Shown here: in pieces, positions 11,101-26,100 of the stretch
Numbering within the stretch: the stretch's first letter is position 1
Layout: each line of letters starts with the position of its first letter
From: Takakia lepidozioides
Taxonomy: Eukaryota > Plantae > Bryophyta
Assembly: GCA_030704615.1 (NCBI GenBank)
Contig: CM060733.1
Coordinates: 49,848,001-49,912,000 of the forward strand
Direction of reading: 5' to 3'
DNA length: 64,000 nucleotides
The notes under the pieces: generated by a model
What the model was told of the DNA's origin: nothing
Database searches by the model: none
What the model saw: the letters and a program-made list of their open reading frames with translations, nothing else
Position numbers and translations under genes: made by a program

Positions 11101-14100
11101 AGGTGCCCAGAGATCACAGCCATATGTAGCGGCACAGGTGACAGCCATGTCAAAGAGCCAATTTTTGGTGGTGGGGCGGCACAGGTAAGGAGATGAAATG
11201 GAATGGTACTTTATAACGTCCCCGGAAAGCTCAAAGAGCTTATGGGACAAAATGGAAAAAAACAAGAGAGAGGAAACAAAACCAGAGCCAAAAAGCAGAC
11301 CAAAAGCAACTACTGCTCAAGGGATTGCCCAAGGGTCAAGGCCTCGTGCAGGTGAAGAAGGAAATGAAATGAAATGAAATGGTACTTTATGAAAGCTCAT
11401 AGATCTTATGGGACAAAACGGAGAGAAGACATGAGAGAGGAAATAAAACCGAAGCCAAAAATTAAAAAACTATTGCTCGAGGGAAGAAAGGCATTCTATA
11501 ATGTGTACAGGATAAAGAATGTACAAGACTGTCTACAGGATAACGAGAGAGAGCTGGTTCACCCTTAAAATGCCTTGCTCCAGGATGAGATTCATGATCA
11601 TTGGCACAGCTGTAAACACACCAATTTGGAATAGGAACTGGGTGTTCAGAACTGTTTGCAATGCAGAGTTTCCAAGTATATTGTTGTCCTCTTTTAAAGC
11701 TTTATCAACCCCTGAAAAAGCCTGTTCAGACAAGGTAGCCCAATTAGTCAGTATGCTCTTACAGAACAAAGAATAGGGTAACCCAATCAGTCAGCATACC
11801 AATAAAGTTGCATGGTATCCAGATGCTTCACATTGCTAACTGTGTTGCCTTTCCTCTTTTCTACACAGGAAAATGTCGCTAACATTTGTCACTAGAGGAA
11901 GGAAAGCCTATGCAGCTGTAAACAGAGGAGATCACATGTGAGAAAACATCTTCAGTAATGACAATTGGACCATATCTCAGATAAGTGTGAATCTTTCAGT
12001 GCATCTTGACCTACCAAATACGCTTTGCCGTAGAGGAAGACATATATGGTCAAAACTGTCATCTGGGTCAAAACAAGTACAAATTAGTCTCTATGTTAAC
12101 GGCCAATATTCAAGATGATCAGGGTGCCATACCATGTAAGCAAAATGAAACAATTACGAAGAGTAACACATCTCACACAATACAAAATACATATACAATA
12201 TACAATGTTTCCAGAATATATAAGAACTTGACCTTCAAGCATCACTCAAAAAGTTGAAGGAAGGCCTACCATGGTGGTGACATAGAAACCAACTGAGGTG
12301 AAGAAGAAAGACATCATCCGAAAGAAGTCAAAGAGCTGACCAAGCCGGTACACATCACGGCTGAGAGTTTGCTCCCCATTGCCACTGGCCACCTTGGCCT
12401 CGAACAAAGCTATCTGATTCAAACCCACATCTCGTCCCTTCCCAACCTGCCCAAAACACAAACAAATCAGTCTCAATCAGTCTCAAAGTTAGTTGTTGAA
12501 CTAAGGAATACAACTAGGCCACTCTGTGAATCAAAGTATCCCACATATTAGAACAATTACTGACAGGGCTCTTGCATGTCAAATACAGAAGCTCACAACT
12601 GACCTGGATGTACTCGTGATGAGTAACATTTCCCTGCCTTAATGTAGAGTTGAAACCTGCAGACAGTCCCATCTAGCCTGATAAATTCACAATGTTCGCT
12701 CATGCAAACACAGTTCTCCTTGGTCTGAGTCAAAATGAACAACAAAAATGTACAACCCTAAACATATTATTCTAGAGATGTCCAGCAATACAGTACTAGT
12801 TACTTGAGGAAAAAGCTGGAAAAAAAAGAAGGGAAAGGCAATGTATGCCAACCTGCATATATGTCTTCACTGATGTTGATTACCCTAGATGCCTTGCTAA
12901 TACCGCCCCTTGATATATGAAAAATTCTGTCGAACACATCTGGATGCCCATAGTGCATCCTCACCCTGTACTCCAGTTGAGTATCATCAGTACATAAGAC
13001 ACATGCATAGAGTTGGTGGCACAAATGGCTCTCTTTTGTTTCTCCCTTTTGGCTCTGGATTTGTTTCCTCTCTCATGTGTTTTTTTCCATTTTGTCCCAT
13101 AAGCTCTTTGAGCTTGCTGCAGACGTTATAAAGTACCATTTCATTTCCTTTCCTTTGTCTTGTCCCATGAGCTCTTGAGCTTTCCACGGGTTTTATAAAT
13201 ATTATTTCATTTCATTTACCGCGGACGTTATAAAGCACCATTTCATTCCATTTCTCTAGAGTACACGGGCACTCTGTGGGCATCCTGCAGACATAAATAA
13301 TCTTTTTCACTTCTTATTCTGGTACCATACATACTTTGGGCCAACCTAGATGTTATAAAATTCTTCTAAGCCATAAACTCTTTTGGCTTTCACTGGATCT
13401 CATAAACTTCCTTCTTTCCTATCTTGTTCTCTCTTGGTGCAAACTATTCCATTTCTCACCAGTATGTTTTTCTTTCTGGAGGGAGGGGGCAACAACCCAG
13501 ATGAAACTTAACACAACCATGACACGCCAGGTGGCAGACTTATCATGTGAAGACAGACCAGGGAAGTGTCGTCCCAACATAAACCAACACCAAACAATTG
13601 GAGAGAAGCCACGCGGCTGTCAGCGAAAACGCCGCGTTGGAACTCGCGGTTTAGGACCCGCAAGAGCCAGTCTGCGCAGTCAGCGTTCTACCTGTGCGCA
13701 GGCGAAGTCTTGGGATCCTGAGGTGGATTTCTTTTCTCTGGCTGTCCAATTCAAACTGGGTAAGGTCTGTCATGACAAGGCTGCCGTGAGCAAAATCTCA
13801 TGGGTAGATGCTCTGAGTTCCCTCCTTTCCAGATGATTCTTGTAAAGGGAGACACTTGCCACTGAATCGTCCTGATTTTGCTAGCGTTTGCTATTCTGAT
13901 AAAGATAGACACGTACCACTGAATCCCCCTGGTTAGGCTAGAGTTTTGCTATGCCCTGTGAAACATACCAAACTGAAAAGAAAATCCCAAACTCATAATT
14001 TGTATAAGGACAAGTTACAAGTAGTCTGATAGGAAAGGCTACTAACTTGAGTGGACGGGCGAGCACTCGCTGACCAAGTGTTACAAAGCAGCTCTCTTGC

Positions 14101-17100
14101 ATCGACATGAACCATGCCAACGATGATACACTGCAACCAGTACACAAGCCAGAGTTCTCATACAACTTCTGAACAGACAACCATTCAAAGTTCAATCAAA
14201 GAGTTACATAAGCATTGCCAATTAATCTTCTTCCATCTAGTCCACAGAAGCAACCCCCTGGGGTCACCTCTAAAAAGCAACGGGTTCTGGAGGGCCCAAA
14301 TTTTTCAAGAAACCTGCTTCATTGTAGCTTGTGATTCAGAGGTACTATCTTCTATCTTAAACATTGCCCTCATTTCAATGCTATATCTTGTGGTCTGCAG
14401 ACCAAAGATGTGCTCAATTCTGCTCATTCTCGATCATTGACCACACCTTCCAGTAAATACATGCTCGCGAACACCAAGAATAGTTGCCCTTCGCAAACCA
14501 TGATTTTTGTCAAATTCCTCCAGCAGGTTCCGCACCTTGAGAGCCTCCTCCAAATAGTTATCCTGAGCAATCCTTTTCCCATAGTTATCTCCATAAAGTG
14601 TGACTGCATGGAAGTACTAGGAAGCACCACTCCCATAGACAACAAGAGAGTAAACACAGATCCTGCAAACTAATAGCAAGTTCCCTCAGCGGAAACTTTA
14701 GTGTAAGTCAACAACCACTGAATATGCACAATGCAAAGCAATAACAATTCCTGATGTTCCACCTCCCTTAACTTCCAATCTATCATCTTTAGTCCCAGCA
14801 ACAAATTTTGATCACTTCCAAAATGTCCCCATCATATCACTGCATACAAAATTAAAATCTGCCTTAATCCTATTTCATCCTGGTCCCGAGGCCTTCACCC
14901 TTAGACAATCGCTACAACATTAATTGTGGTTTCTGGATTTGTTCCTCTCATGTTTTCTTCCATTTTGTCCCATAAGCTCTATGAGTTTTCCACGGACGTT
15001 ATAAAGCACCATTTCATTTCCTTCGTTGTTTTTATTTGGCATCCCAACCCTGCTCTGGCAACCTCCCTGACATCCATTCTTACTCCTGTAAAAAATAACA
15101 CAGCACTTACCTGGTTCATATCAATAGTTTGGATTGCATCTCCACGTGTGAAAATAATAGCATGGTTCTGGTTCTCTGGCTTTCCTTCTCCCAGTTTGAC
15201 CTCCCCAGGCAATTTAATCGAGTATATTTCCTGGAGAACAGACAACAGTAAATCTTCAAATGCAATGCCTGGGTCATTTCTGTACAATAGATGTCAATGC
15301 AATGCAACATAAAAATAGAACCCAATAACACAAGGAAGATATATAGACATGAAGATATGTTGATGAAGATATATAGATATGTACAATGAAGATATATAGA
15401 CATGCAATGAATTCACAAAAAGAAGAGAGAATAGGTTGATAGTACAACTATCGAACACCACATGTCAAAATGTGCAAATTCCTTAGTGGTTAAAAACATT
15501 GCTATCACTGACGAGGTTTGAATTACAGAACAAGCAGACAAAAATGTGGAGCAAAGCCTTATACCAACTTTCTCCAGACACCTTGCCAAGATATTAAATT
15601 ATTAAAGATTCAGATGACAGTATGTCAGCCCGTGGGTGCACTCAGATTATATTACCTGATCTTTCCCACTTGGATCAGCTTTAACAAGCTTTGAATAGTA
15701 CACACTGTTCACTTTTCCTTCCTTCATGGTCTCCACGACATCAATGTAGGCAATTCTCAGGGAATCATTCCTGTCACCCAAAATAATTTCTTTTCCAGGT
15801 GGTTAACAATGTGTAGGTTCTATAGAAAGATGACAACCTCAAAAATTGGTGACTGACAGCTTCCCATGTACTGTTGGGTGGGTTAGCTGGAGGAATAAAT
15901 GTTTGTAACCAGATAAACACATAAACCATCCCAACGAAAAACATAATATAAACCACAGCAAGCCAAGAGAGCTCATGGGACTGCAAGACAAAACAGCATC
16001 AAAAGAATGCAAAGTCAGTTGAGAACATGGATCACTAACGTTTGCATGAGATAGGAGATATCAGCAGCCCGGACATCACGAGCTTGCTTCTGCTGACCAT
16101 AAATCTGGCAAGTCACAACATATGTGAATTTCAACTCTGCCTGGGCACGTGCACTTCGAACCAATGAGCCTCGTGTTTGTACCGCAGATGGTGGTAATCC
16201 CTCCTCAATATCTGGGTACCAAAGATGAACAGGGTTAAAGTGCAAAACTTTGAAGGCAACCAGGAAACACAAGTAAAACAGGAGTGCACAGGCAGCGTCA
16301 GGAGTACATTCAGTTTTGATTGGTTAGAAACACCACTGAGAGGAAGTCAGGTCCCACAGGCTACCCATCGATGGCCACTTTTACCACGTAATAGTAGAGA
16401 CAGCGACATTGCAGCCGATTCAATCTAGTCAAGTCATTGGCACTGCATCCACCTATGCAGCTTGGCAGGTCTAAGTGTATCAGATGTAGCATACATGCCA
16501 ATGAAAGATGTATCCCAGAAGAGAAAACAGGGCAAGGTAGCGCAGGCAAAGCCTCAAATCCTAAAAAGGGAGGCAAACTAAGTAACTTAATCCACCTAGT
16601 CACATCCATAGGTCTATCTTGCAGTGGACACCACCTTGTGGAGTATCCAGTGAAAATCACATGTTTGTTCACATGCAGATCTTTTGAGAACTTTTACCAG
16701 TTTGCTCAAAGAGGGAGCAACATATAGCTATATCATAACACCTTGATGCCGGTATAGAAGACGTCCAACAACAAGAAAACCACGCCAACTAGTCGGCTGC
16801 TATACCTACATCAAATCAAATTAACTTGGGAACAACGTTCACAACCTGTATTAGATGCGCCTTCCTGTGTCCCTTGCAATATGAGGGCCCTCTTGTAATA
16901 CATCATTCCACGTACTGTGCCCACAAACCACAGCCCGCCCATCAAACAACATCACAAACACAGATGATACAGAGAGTAAACTGAGATGTAGCAACACATC
17001 CTCCTCCTAAACCCAGACAGTTGCCCACCTGTTCGGGCAAGAGTTTGACCACGATAAGAGGCCCATAGGCGCAATTGAAGGACATCCTGTTCACCCTTCT

Positions 17101-20100
17101 GCAGCTGACGATCCAGCTCATTCTCTGTAAGACCCATCCTCTCCAAAAAGTTCCGCCATTCATCTGCAGAAGCCAAAAGCACAAGCCATGACCACTGAAT
17201 ACACATAGGTCTACACAGGCATATGAGGTCAACAAAGATTGCTAACATGCTTCAGTTCACATCAGAGGTGGCATGAATTGTGATCCACCATGCTGCATTT
17301 GGATGCATTAACAACAAAGGTTTGGCATAACTCGAATAAGGAATTTAAACAATATCTCCAATGAACTCTAAAGTACAATGCAAGAAGAGTACAGATAGAA
17401 AGATACACTCTACTACAAGGATATGCAAATTGACAATATCCCAAAGGCATTATATTGAATTCTGATGGTGCACAGAATAATAATACCCCAAATGTTCAAT
17501 ATTTGCAACCAAAGAGTCCTGCACATACCAGGATAAATTTTTTGGAGGTAGAACAAAATAGTGATACCATCCTCATTCTCTGTCCTCAGCTGGTCCTTGC
17601 TATACATAACATCTTCGCTATAATACGGGGTGAATACACTGTGCCAACCCACAACCCCAAACATATGATCCCTCTCATCCTTCCCGCCCACACAACCAGA
17701 AAAAGAGGCAAAACACTTTCAAAATGCAACACATCCTTTCCATCACCAAAAAAACCAAGGCCTTCATATTACCCTTCTTTGGATTTTCAGGATATGTTTG
17801 TATGAGGTAACAGCCACTAAGAACAGAGATGAACTTCACCTAAAAGAAAACATTTTGTGAATTGGTGGAGCTTCAGGCATTTGCATGAACAAGGAGTTAG
17901 TGAAAAACTCCAGGCGACGGCGTGCCTCCAAGTTGCGGGGAATACTCAAAGCGGAGTCCTTGATTGTCAGAAGATAATTGAGTCTTCTCACATCCGTATA
18001 CTGTTTCAGACACACAAAAGGGGATAGACAACAGAATGGTGGTGATCATTCTTCCATCACTCTGTCGCAGACAAGCAAGAAGTAGCTTATAAGCCATAAA
18101 TCGGAACTAACACTCATAACTTTTACTAGACAATCACAACAAGAGATACATACCGCATTGCTAACTGGCCAAGTCAGATCGGCAAATAATTGTCCTTCAC
18201 GTCTTGCATTTTGAAAAATTGACCATCGCTCAAACTTATCCCTGGACAAAAATGAAAACAATAAACGGAAAATTCACCCTCTACAGTACAACTGTGACAT
18301 GTATTGACTTCTTATCTTTGCTTCAAAATAAAAAGCATCACATAGGCCCCTGGGTCAGTCGATCAGCACACAAGAGTCATCCTCTAGAACATACACCTAA
18401 ACGAATGAAACCATTTCTGGACGGGGTCATTAACTTCAAGGGAGAGAAACAAGTCAGCAGTCTGTCAATAGAGTTCTCCAATATGATCAGAACAGTTAGC
18501 ACGGACAATTGGGACCAAGGAAAGGACCAAGGAACACTAGAGGAGAAACCACCGACCGGGAAAGATGTAACTGCAACCTGAACACTTCTCACTGCCTCTG
18601 TAATGGCACTCACCAGTTCGTGGGCGGGGGGTAACTAATTTCTGTTGGGGAAATAACCACCTGGTATGCCTCTCCAGTCATGTTACGAAAAGTGAATTAG
18701 ATTACCTGAGATCCTGAGAGAGGAAGTCATGCATCACCACATCGTACAAATCTTGCAGTGCTCGCACTGCCGACTTGTGGCGTTCAGGTGATTCCTCATG
18801 GATCTGTAGCATTGTGTAACAGCACCACATAAGAAACTATTCAAACGAAGGTTGGCTGGCCACCCACTTCCTTCACTTTGTCCTAGTTTCAAGACATTAC
18901 AAGGATTGCTTCCTAAACTCACTCTTTCTGTGCAAAGAGACTGATCTCACAACTCTCCACAGTCCAAGATCCCTGGTCTGAGCCTACCAGGAATTGTTTA
19001 TGGAATCCTACCAGAAGTTGTGTGAGGACTGCTGTCCGTTCCAAAACACCTGTTAACTTGTTCAAATAGAACAAGCCCACAAATGAACCGTCTCCAATGC
19101 CCTCCTTGACATCCCCAAAAACACTTTTTACCCTGTGTCACAAATGACAACCAAAATAATTAGATTGTTGTTGCACTATTACTAAAGAGTTACTGCCTCA
19201 AAAAAGCATTAAAAGACCGTCTTTGGAGGGTGATAGTGGACCTCTCATCACTGCCATCCTGTACAGCAGCCCAGGAGCCCTAGGTGCCCTGCAGCAATAT
19301 CTTCAACAATTTGGACAGTTTGAAGAACTTGCAAAACAAGACACATCTAGGGGGACATTGTGGAAGGAGGGACAGAAAGCGAACCATTGGCCACCACCCT
19401 GATTCAACAACGCAAGCAAGACAGTCTCCAAAGTCTGAAATGTCTCCTGTACGGCAAAGGCCATATACTCATCACGCCTAACCCTCTCCCAGAGCTCATC
19501 TTGTGTAGCATGCTTATTCTCGATAGCAAGCTCGACTGCAATGTAAACCTGTCTCCAGCAAAAACAGTACCAAGGTTACATCAAGTACTTTTCACTATGG
19601 CTGAAAATAATCTGGACCAAAAAAAACGGCCTCTGAAGGACAAAAAGGATATATGGATGTGTAACATCCCTCTGTACCTTCTTAGGTCCAAAGATGAAGA
19701 AGCAGGAAAGAAGCAAAAACAAGGATACATTAGAAAGAGAACAAACAGGTCTTTCTCCATAGTGGCATGACCAGTTGACAAAACACCCATTCCAACCTAA
19801 CAAACTAAAGAGTGTTGAGGACAACTATTTTATTATGGGGAATGATCACCAAAAGCTTTTCTAAGAACAGAATACAACAGAAGACACCTCACTTTTTAAT
19901 TGTGCCACAAACATCAAGGAATGCCCATACATGTGTATAAAAAAACGACCCAAACAAAATGGTTCACCACACTCACTCTTAATGGGTGGAACAAGCAACA
20001 TGAATCTTCAATAGAAGCTTCATAATTCACCCTAGTCTTCCTAAAAGCACACAACTGCATCAATGGTAAACTGTAATGAATTCAAACCTTATTAGCAAGT

Positions 20101-23100
20101 AAAAACAAGGGCCACTGGACCAATGTATTTTGCACACCGCTCAGATAATTGACGCCCCTGTTGTCTGGCATCAATAGTAACTCCATCTCTCTGCAATGAA
20201 GCATCAATCTCAAGAAATCAACCGATAGCTTCATGCAGACCAGTCCATTCCTTCTGCAATGGAAAATAGCTCACCTGGGAAAAATAGCTCAGCTATGAAT
20301 AAATTGGCAGTGACAAGAGATAGAAACAATGAAACACATTGGGGGTCTCGGGCCCCTGCAGAACAACAAGAAGGCAGCACAATTGAAAGAGAGCAAGCAA
20401 ACATTGGAAAAGGCTTTGCCTTGATGTAAAGGATTCTCAGAAGAACAAGGTAGGAAGAACCTGTTATTTATGAAGTCTTCTTCTCGGAGACTAGCTATAA
20501 CCTCATTCCACACTGGCGCAAACTTTATAGCGTCCACTTTGGCTTTGGTAGCCTGCGATGTCCATTGAGGGATCTCAGATAAAAATTCAACCCCAATTTC
20601 CTCTAGAGGAACAGCCAGATTAAACAGAAGACCATACTACGGTATTGAAGTTCAGAGTTCTGGAATCGCAGAGTCCTTTAGCCATTGTATGGATCGGGAC
20701 TCAACTTTCAGACAGCCATAATAAGAATTTGGGGAAAATTTCATCTACAGCTCCTAGGAGGTAACACTGAATCCAATACACTGGAATATAAAACTCAAAT
20801 TTGACTAGCTGGCCCTGCACCTGATTGCCAAGTGACAGATTTCTCGACCTGCACAACCAATAAAACATACCTTAGTCAGATATCTGCAGTGTTCAGAGGT
20901 TCAGTGATTATGATTATTGAAGAGCAAGGGAAAAAAGGAAAAGTTTCTTCAAGGCGAAAAAGAAAAAACTATCTCGAAATTTCTTTCAGGAGATAATTAA
21001 TGCCTTAACATCAGGGTGCACAAGACGAACATTTGATTGCCAAGCCTCAAGGCCTGCATACGTTTCACAAACGCTTCTGGATATGAAATGAAACGCTTTC
21101 GCAACATCTCCAGGGACCGAATCTGAGCAGCCAACCCACAAGGAAGAAGCTGAGTTGGAAAACCAATTAAGAAGCTTAAATACAGCATATAGGATGATGG
21201 CAAGGTTGTTAAAAAGAGATGCCCACCAGTTCAAGGACCTGAGCAGAATGTATCAGTTCCTTGTATTGGGTGGAGTTACTCAATGACAGTGGTCTAAGCA
21301 TCCTTGAGAAGCCTGTATCTTTCACATCTTGCATGTTGTTTGGTTCTATTGGTAGGTGATATGTGCTGTTAAAGAGCAAATGACACACCTCTCCCAACCG
21401 TAACCTTCCACCTTCAATGCCGCCAATGAGAGCAGAGGTTACAGTGTACCACACTTGAGTATCCAAAAAATAAACCTGCAAACAAGCATGACATCCATAA
21501 GACATTCCTCACAATATGAAGGGTTCCTAACTCAGAAGTATATCAGCATGGGGTGACTTCCAGCAAAGCTCAAAGTGGTATGCCAAGTCATACAAGCACC
21601 AAAGCCAGATCTATCCCGTGCTTTACCATGATAATTGGTGCCCACAGTGATAAAAGCGTGAGGGCATTGTGATTACCTGCAAACCAAGCAACAACAAATG
21701 TCCATTCATCCCTCTAGTAAAGCAAGTGCGCACCTTCACTGACACATGTAGCAGTCTATGATGTTCACTGGCACTCGAAACGTAGTCTTACTTATTCTGA
21801 AACAAGAGCCTTCTACAAGCTTCATCTCAGGAAAATGCTAACTTCACACAAGAAAGTAAGTCCAGCAGTTCCAAGTTACAAATGAGTGGTTTAACTGTAC
21901 TAGACAAGGAAATCTGCTGTTATGTAATTTGGCAGTTCCACTATCAACTTGCAACATAGTGTTCATTCAATCAGTTTTACTGTTTTTCATCTATGTTTGT
22001 GGTCGAACAATTTGGTGTCACAAAAGAAATGCTTCCCCAACCATCTCTACATGCACACACCAGCAAACCAATGATGCTGAAGAACAGGTTCTGCACTAGG
22101 AATTACACTTACTTGGGAAATAGAAAACATAACAGAATCCTAGATCTATCTGGATCATATATATGAAATATCATATATGCATCATATATGGATCATATAT
22201 GAAAATATATGAGAATATAGCAGATCTATCAGGATCATCTACAAGATACTTCCAACTTCCAAGATACTTCCAAGATACTTCCAAACATGGTTCTTCCTCT
22301 GGCTTTAAGCTTGTCTTGGATCAAAGCACAATTTGATGTACAAACGGAACATGTAGAGTAGTAAACATACTGCTGGAGATGATATCGTGCCATCGATACT
22401 GGATGTTGTTGATTCCTATTATGATTCTGGTTGGCTCAACCATAGGCTTGATCTGCAAAGAAAGAGATAACAAAACCACAATGTGAAAGGCCTCCATCAC
22501 TCATGTCCACAATAAAAGGGTTTCAAACATTGGGGAGAATAAATCACAACCAATCCCGTGTGTACTGGCTCTATCCAAGCAACCCTCAAAAGGTTAAAGT
22601 TTCCTCATCTACGAACCATCATGACTGTACTCGGGAAACATTTTTCCAGAGGTCAAAATGAAACCCAGTCAAAACTTTAGTAAGAACCATCCACTAGTGG
22701 ATGCTGCAGAAAAGTCCCATTCATGAACACAACTCAACATTTATTAAACATGGTTTGTTTGGTGCAGTGGGAAGCGATTGAGGACAGGCAATTCACTGTA
22801 CATCCACTCAACTCAAAGTGAAACCAAGGATTGTACCAAAAGTTCATAAACGTGTTGCTAATGCTCGAACTCTCCACTTACAAGATGACCATTGTGCATT
22901 GACATGCATTTTAGAATTCAGTTTAAAAACTAATGATGCCAAGCAAAGAAATCAGATTTCACCTGAAAATGGTAGCTGAACATAAACTTGCAAGCCAGAA
23001 TGAACAACCAAAACAGGGTGTAGCTGCTCAGCAAAAACAGCAGATGAAACGTTTGTCAACAAATCATATTCAAGATGTTACAAGACTATCAGATGAAACT

Positions 23101-26100
23101 TCCTGACATAAGCAGACGATGAGTTTGGACAGTCTTATTTTGTAAGGTTTGGACTTCACGTGGACATTACTACTGCTCTCCTATTTCATCATTGTTCCTC
23201 TGGATATCCAGAACATCTTTAAGCCCTTCCCTCCTTGGACAGACACAATACGACCCAAAAGCTTATCCTCGCCAAGCCACCAAAATGCCTACCAAACAAC
23301 AAACAGACGAGGGGAAATGATTTGGGCAGAACAGAACAGAACACAAGCAGAAGCGGAGGCAAATGCATGAATGCTAGGAGTATTCAGCCATCAAAGCAGT
23401 ATTTGTGCATTGCTTCAGTTTTGGTGCTTGTTGGATATGTAGACCTATCCAATAAGCCCTTGCGGACATCACTGGGCCCATCTCGTCCCTTAATTCTTAT
23501 TTTTCAACTGCCTCTACAGGGAAATCTGAGGCTCCTACTTTTGCCTTCTTCAAGATACCACTTGCTGACATTGGTTTTCATTACGAGGATACGAGATTGC
23601 AACACAACGATGCAACACTACTATCTCTTAAACTGATTTGAAAATCTCTGCTTGTGGAGACTTATTGTTAGGGACCCACAATTCTTTTTCCTTTCTACCT
23701 TTGGTTCTGCCAAGCAGATGGCAGAACATGCAGCATGGCTACCAGCACCATGCCATGTGCTAGAGAAAAAGCCAGGCTGGAGATTGAAAAAATTATCGTT
23801 CCATATCAAATTTGGGGACACTACTATGCCTACTTAGTGACAGAATCCCTGACAACTGTGTTCCATTCAAGGAGATGCCTGGATATATATCTACATGCCC
23901 ACTTCATTTTCCTCGTGTCATGCTTGGAATTACACATATACACAATCCCTTGACGAAAAGTTGTTCTTCAGCTGCTACCCATGCAGAAATATGGTAGGAA
24001 ATGCAATCAACAACTTCCATCACATTTTACATTATAACTACAAAGTCTGAACTATCAGAATGAAGGGAAGGTGCTCACGAGGCATAATTGCGCATTCTCT
24101 CATACATACCACGCCCAACATAATATCGTTCCTGAGAGAACACAAATGATTAGAAGATAAAAATACATTGCCTGCATTAACAGCATCAAATGTGCATCAA
24201 AGGAGTCATTAATGATAAACTGCCCCCATCTCAAATCTCCCAGAAAATTCCAGACCTACAGTCCACTTCCTACAAATTCCTACGAGTGACATATCCTACT
24301 GACCTGGTTGTCATCAAACAAGTGCAATCTAGAAAGAATGAGCATCTCAAATACTGAAGCAAAGGTTATTTGAGTCCTCCTGGAGTTCAGATGAAAGATG
24401 CAACTATGTTCGCACTGCACAGAAACGACTTATTCATATGCCACCTATGCAAGGGGACGTTCCAGGAAGCATCAGATACCTGTTGCAACCACTTGATGAA
24501 CTGAATGACATAGAGATTTGAGCATTTGTCAGCTTGCCTACGAAACCATGGAATGCGGTTCAGAAGTGTATGGAGTAGGTATGCCCCAGCATAACTTGAC
24601 AAAACCAGATAAAAGATTTTGAACCACGCTGTTGAGCCTGTATGCCTATGATCTTCCAGAAGCATCTTCCTGCCACACAAATCATCTCAATGTAAGTAGT
24701 ATGCCGCACCTCTTGTAAATGGTAGCATTAGTTGTACTCTAGCTCGGAGTCAATAAGGCACAGCAAATGGATACCCTCTTCATAACTGTCCTTGAATCAA
24801 GGAAAAGACCTTGATGTACAGATCCTTTCAGGATCTTAAAAATGAGGAATTTTGAGCAGAACCCAGTATGCTCTCCTCATCCCTCCTGTTGACTTGAGAG
24901 AGAGATGTTATTAACATTCATGACATACAACAATCTGAAACCCACATGTTTCAGAACAGCGTATAGCCTAAGCTGGTATCATAAGAGCAGGCATCTAGCA
25001 ATCTGCGAGATAATGAACTGAAATATTCAAATGTACATAAAGACAAACGACTAGAAACAGGGTTACTCATGACTACCAGCAATGGTGCTTTATAGAGCTT
25101 ATGGGACAAAATGGAAGAAAACATGAGAGAGGAAACAAAACCAGAACCCAAGAATAAGAACTAATGTTCTAGCGATTGTCTAAGGGTGAAGGCCTCGTGC
25201 AGGTAGGCTGCCAAACATTTTTGATCCTCATAGTGGAAGACTTCAGTGAGAGATTGGGTTCCACTGAATAAACAGTGGAATCTCCCACGAATCTCGTACT
25301 ATAGAGGGCAGTAGAAGAAGTGTTCTTCAGTTTCAATTTCCTGGCTGCGGTCCTCCCGTTGCAGGTTTTCCCATCTGCCAGTCTCTATCCGTAGGTTGTG
25401 GGAACCCACCCTGAACCACCCCAATGCCCTCAGGAGGGAAGGAGATAAGGATGCTGAAAGGTAATTTGGTCTCAAGATTCTATAATCTCAGAGCATCAAG
25501 AATGTCTCTCGATAGAAGTAGAGCTTTGTCGTGATTGGGTAGCTTCCAAGTTCTCTTGACATGTAATTCCATAAGCTCTCTCCTAATGAGTTGTTGCGGT
25601 CAAATGTACTGGATACTCTTCAGCACAAAAATGAGAGTCCGTGAGGTAATGCCCAGAGAAACTCACACATAGAGGAAGGTAATGGCTCCCGACGCGGCTC
25701 CCAACCAGAAGAAACGAAGGAGCATTCTCAAGACAGTGCGGGCACGGGTGCTTCTGTAAGCTCCAATCATCAATATCACATCCAACACCGCTGCACATCC
25801 ATGCCATGTTATTAGGTGGTTTCAAAAATACCATGACAAAATAGAGATTAAAATACAGGACAAAAACAACCTCTTTAATCAGTTTAAGATTCAGTACAGA
25901 GACAGAACAACTGTCAAATCCTAGGTATATCATTCCAGTGGACAACACTTCAGTTGTTGTAGCCCCATCCTAACTTCGTATCCATTAGACCTGCAATCCA
26001 TCGATATGTAGGATTATGGCCACATGTGGTTCCTCTCATTCTCTTGTCCCATAAGCTCATTGCGCTTTCCGTGATTGTTCATTTCATTATGGAAAGGGGA

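Noticed and set aside
15330-15405. GAAGATATATAGACAT reiterations (similar low-complexity run at 22140-22290)
   Set aside because: Ordinary intronic slippage repeats with no further structure.
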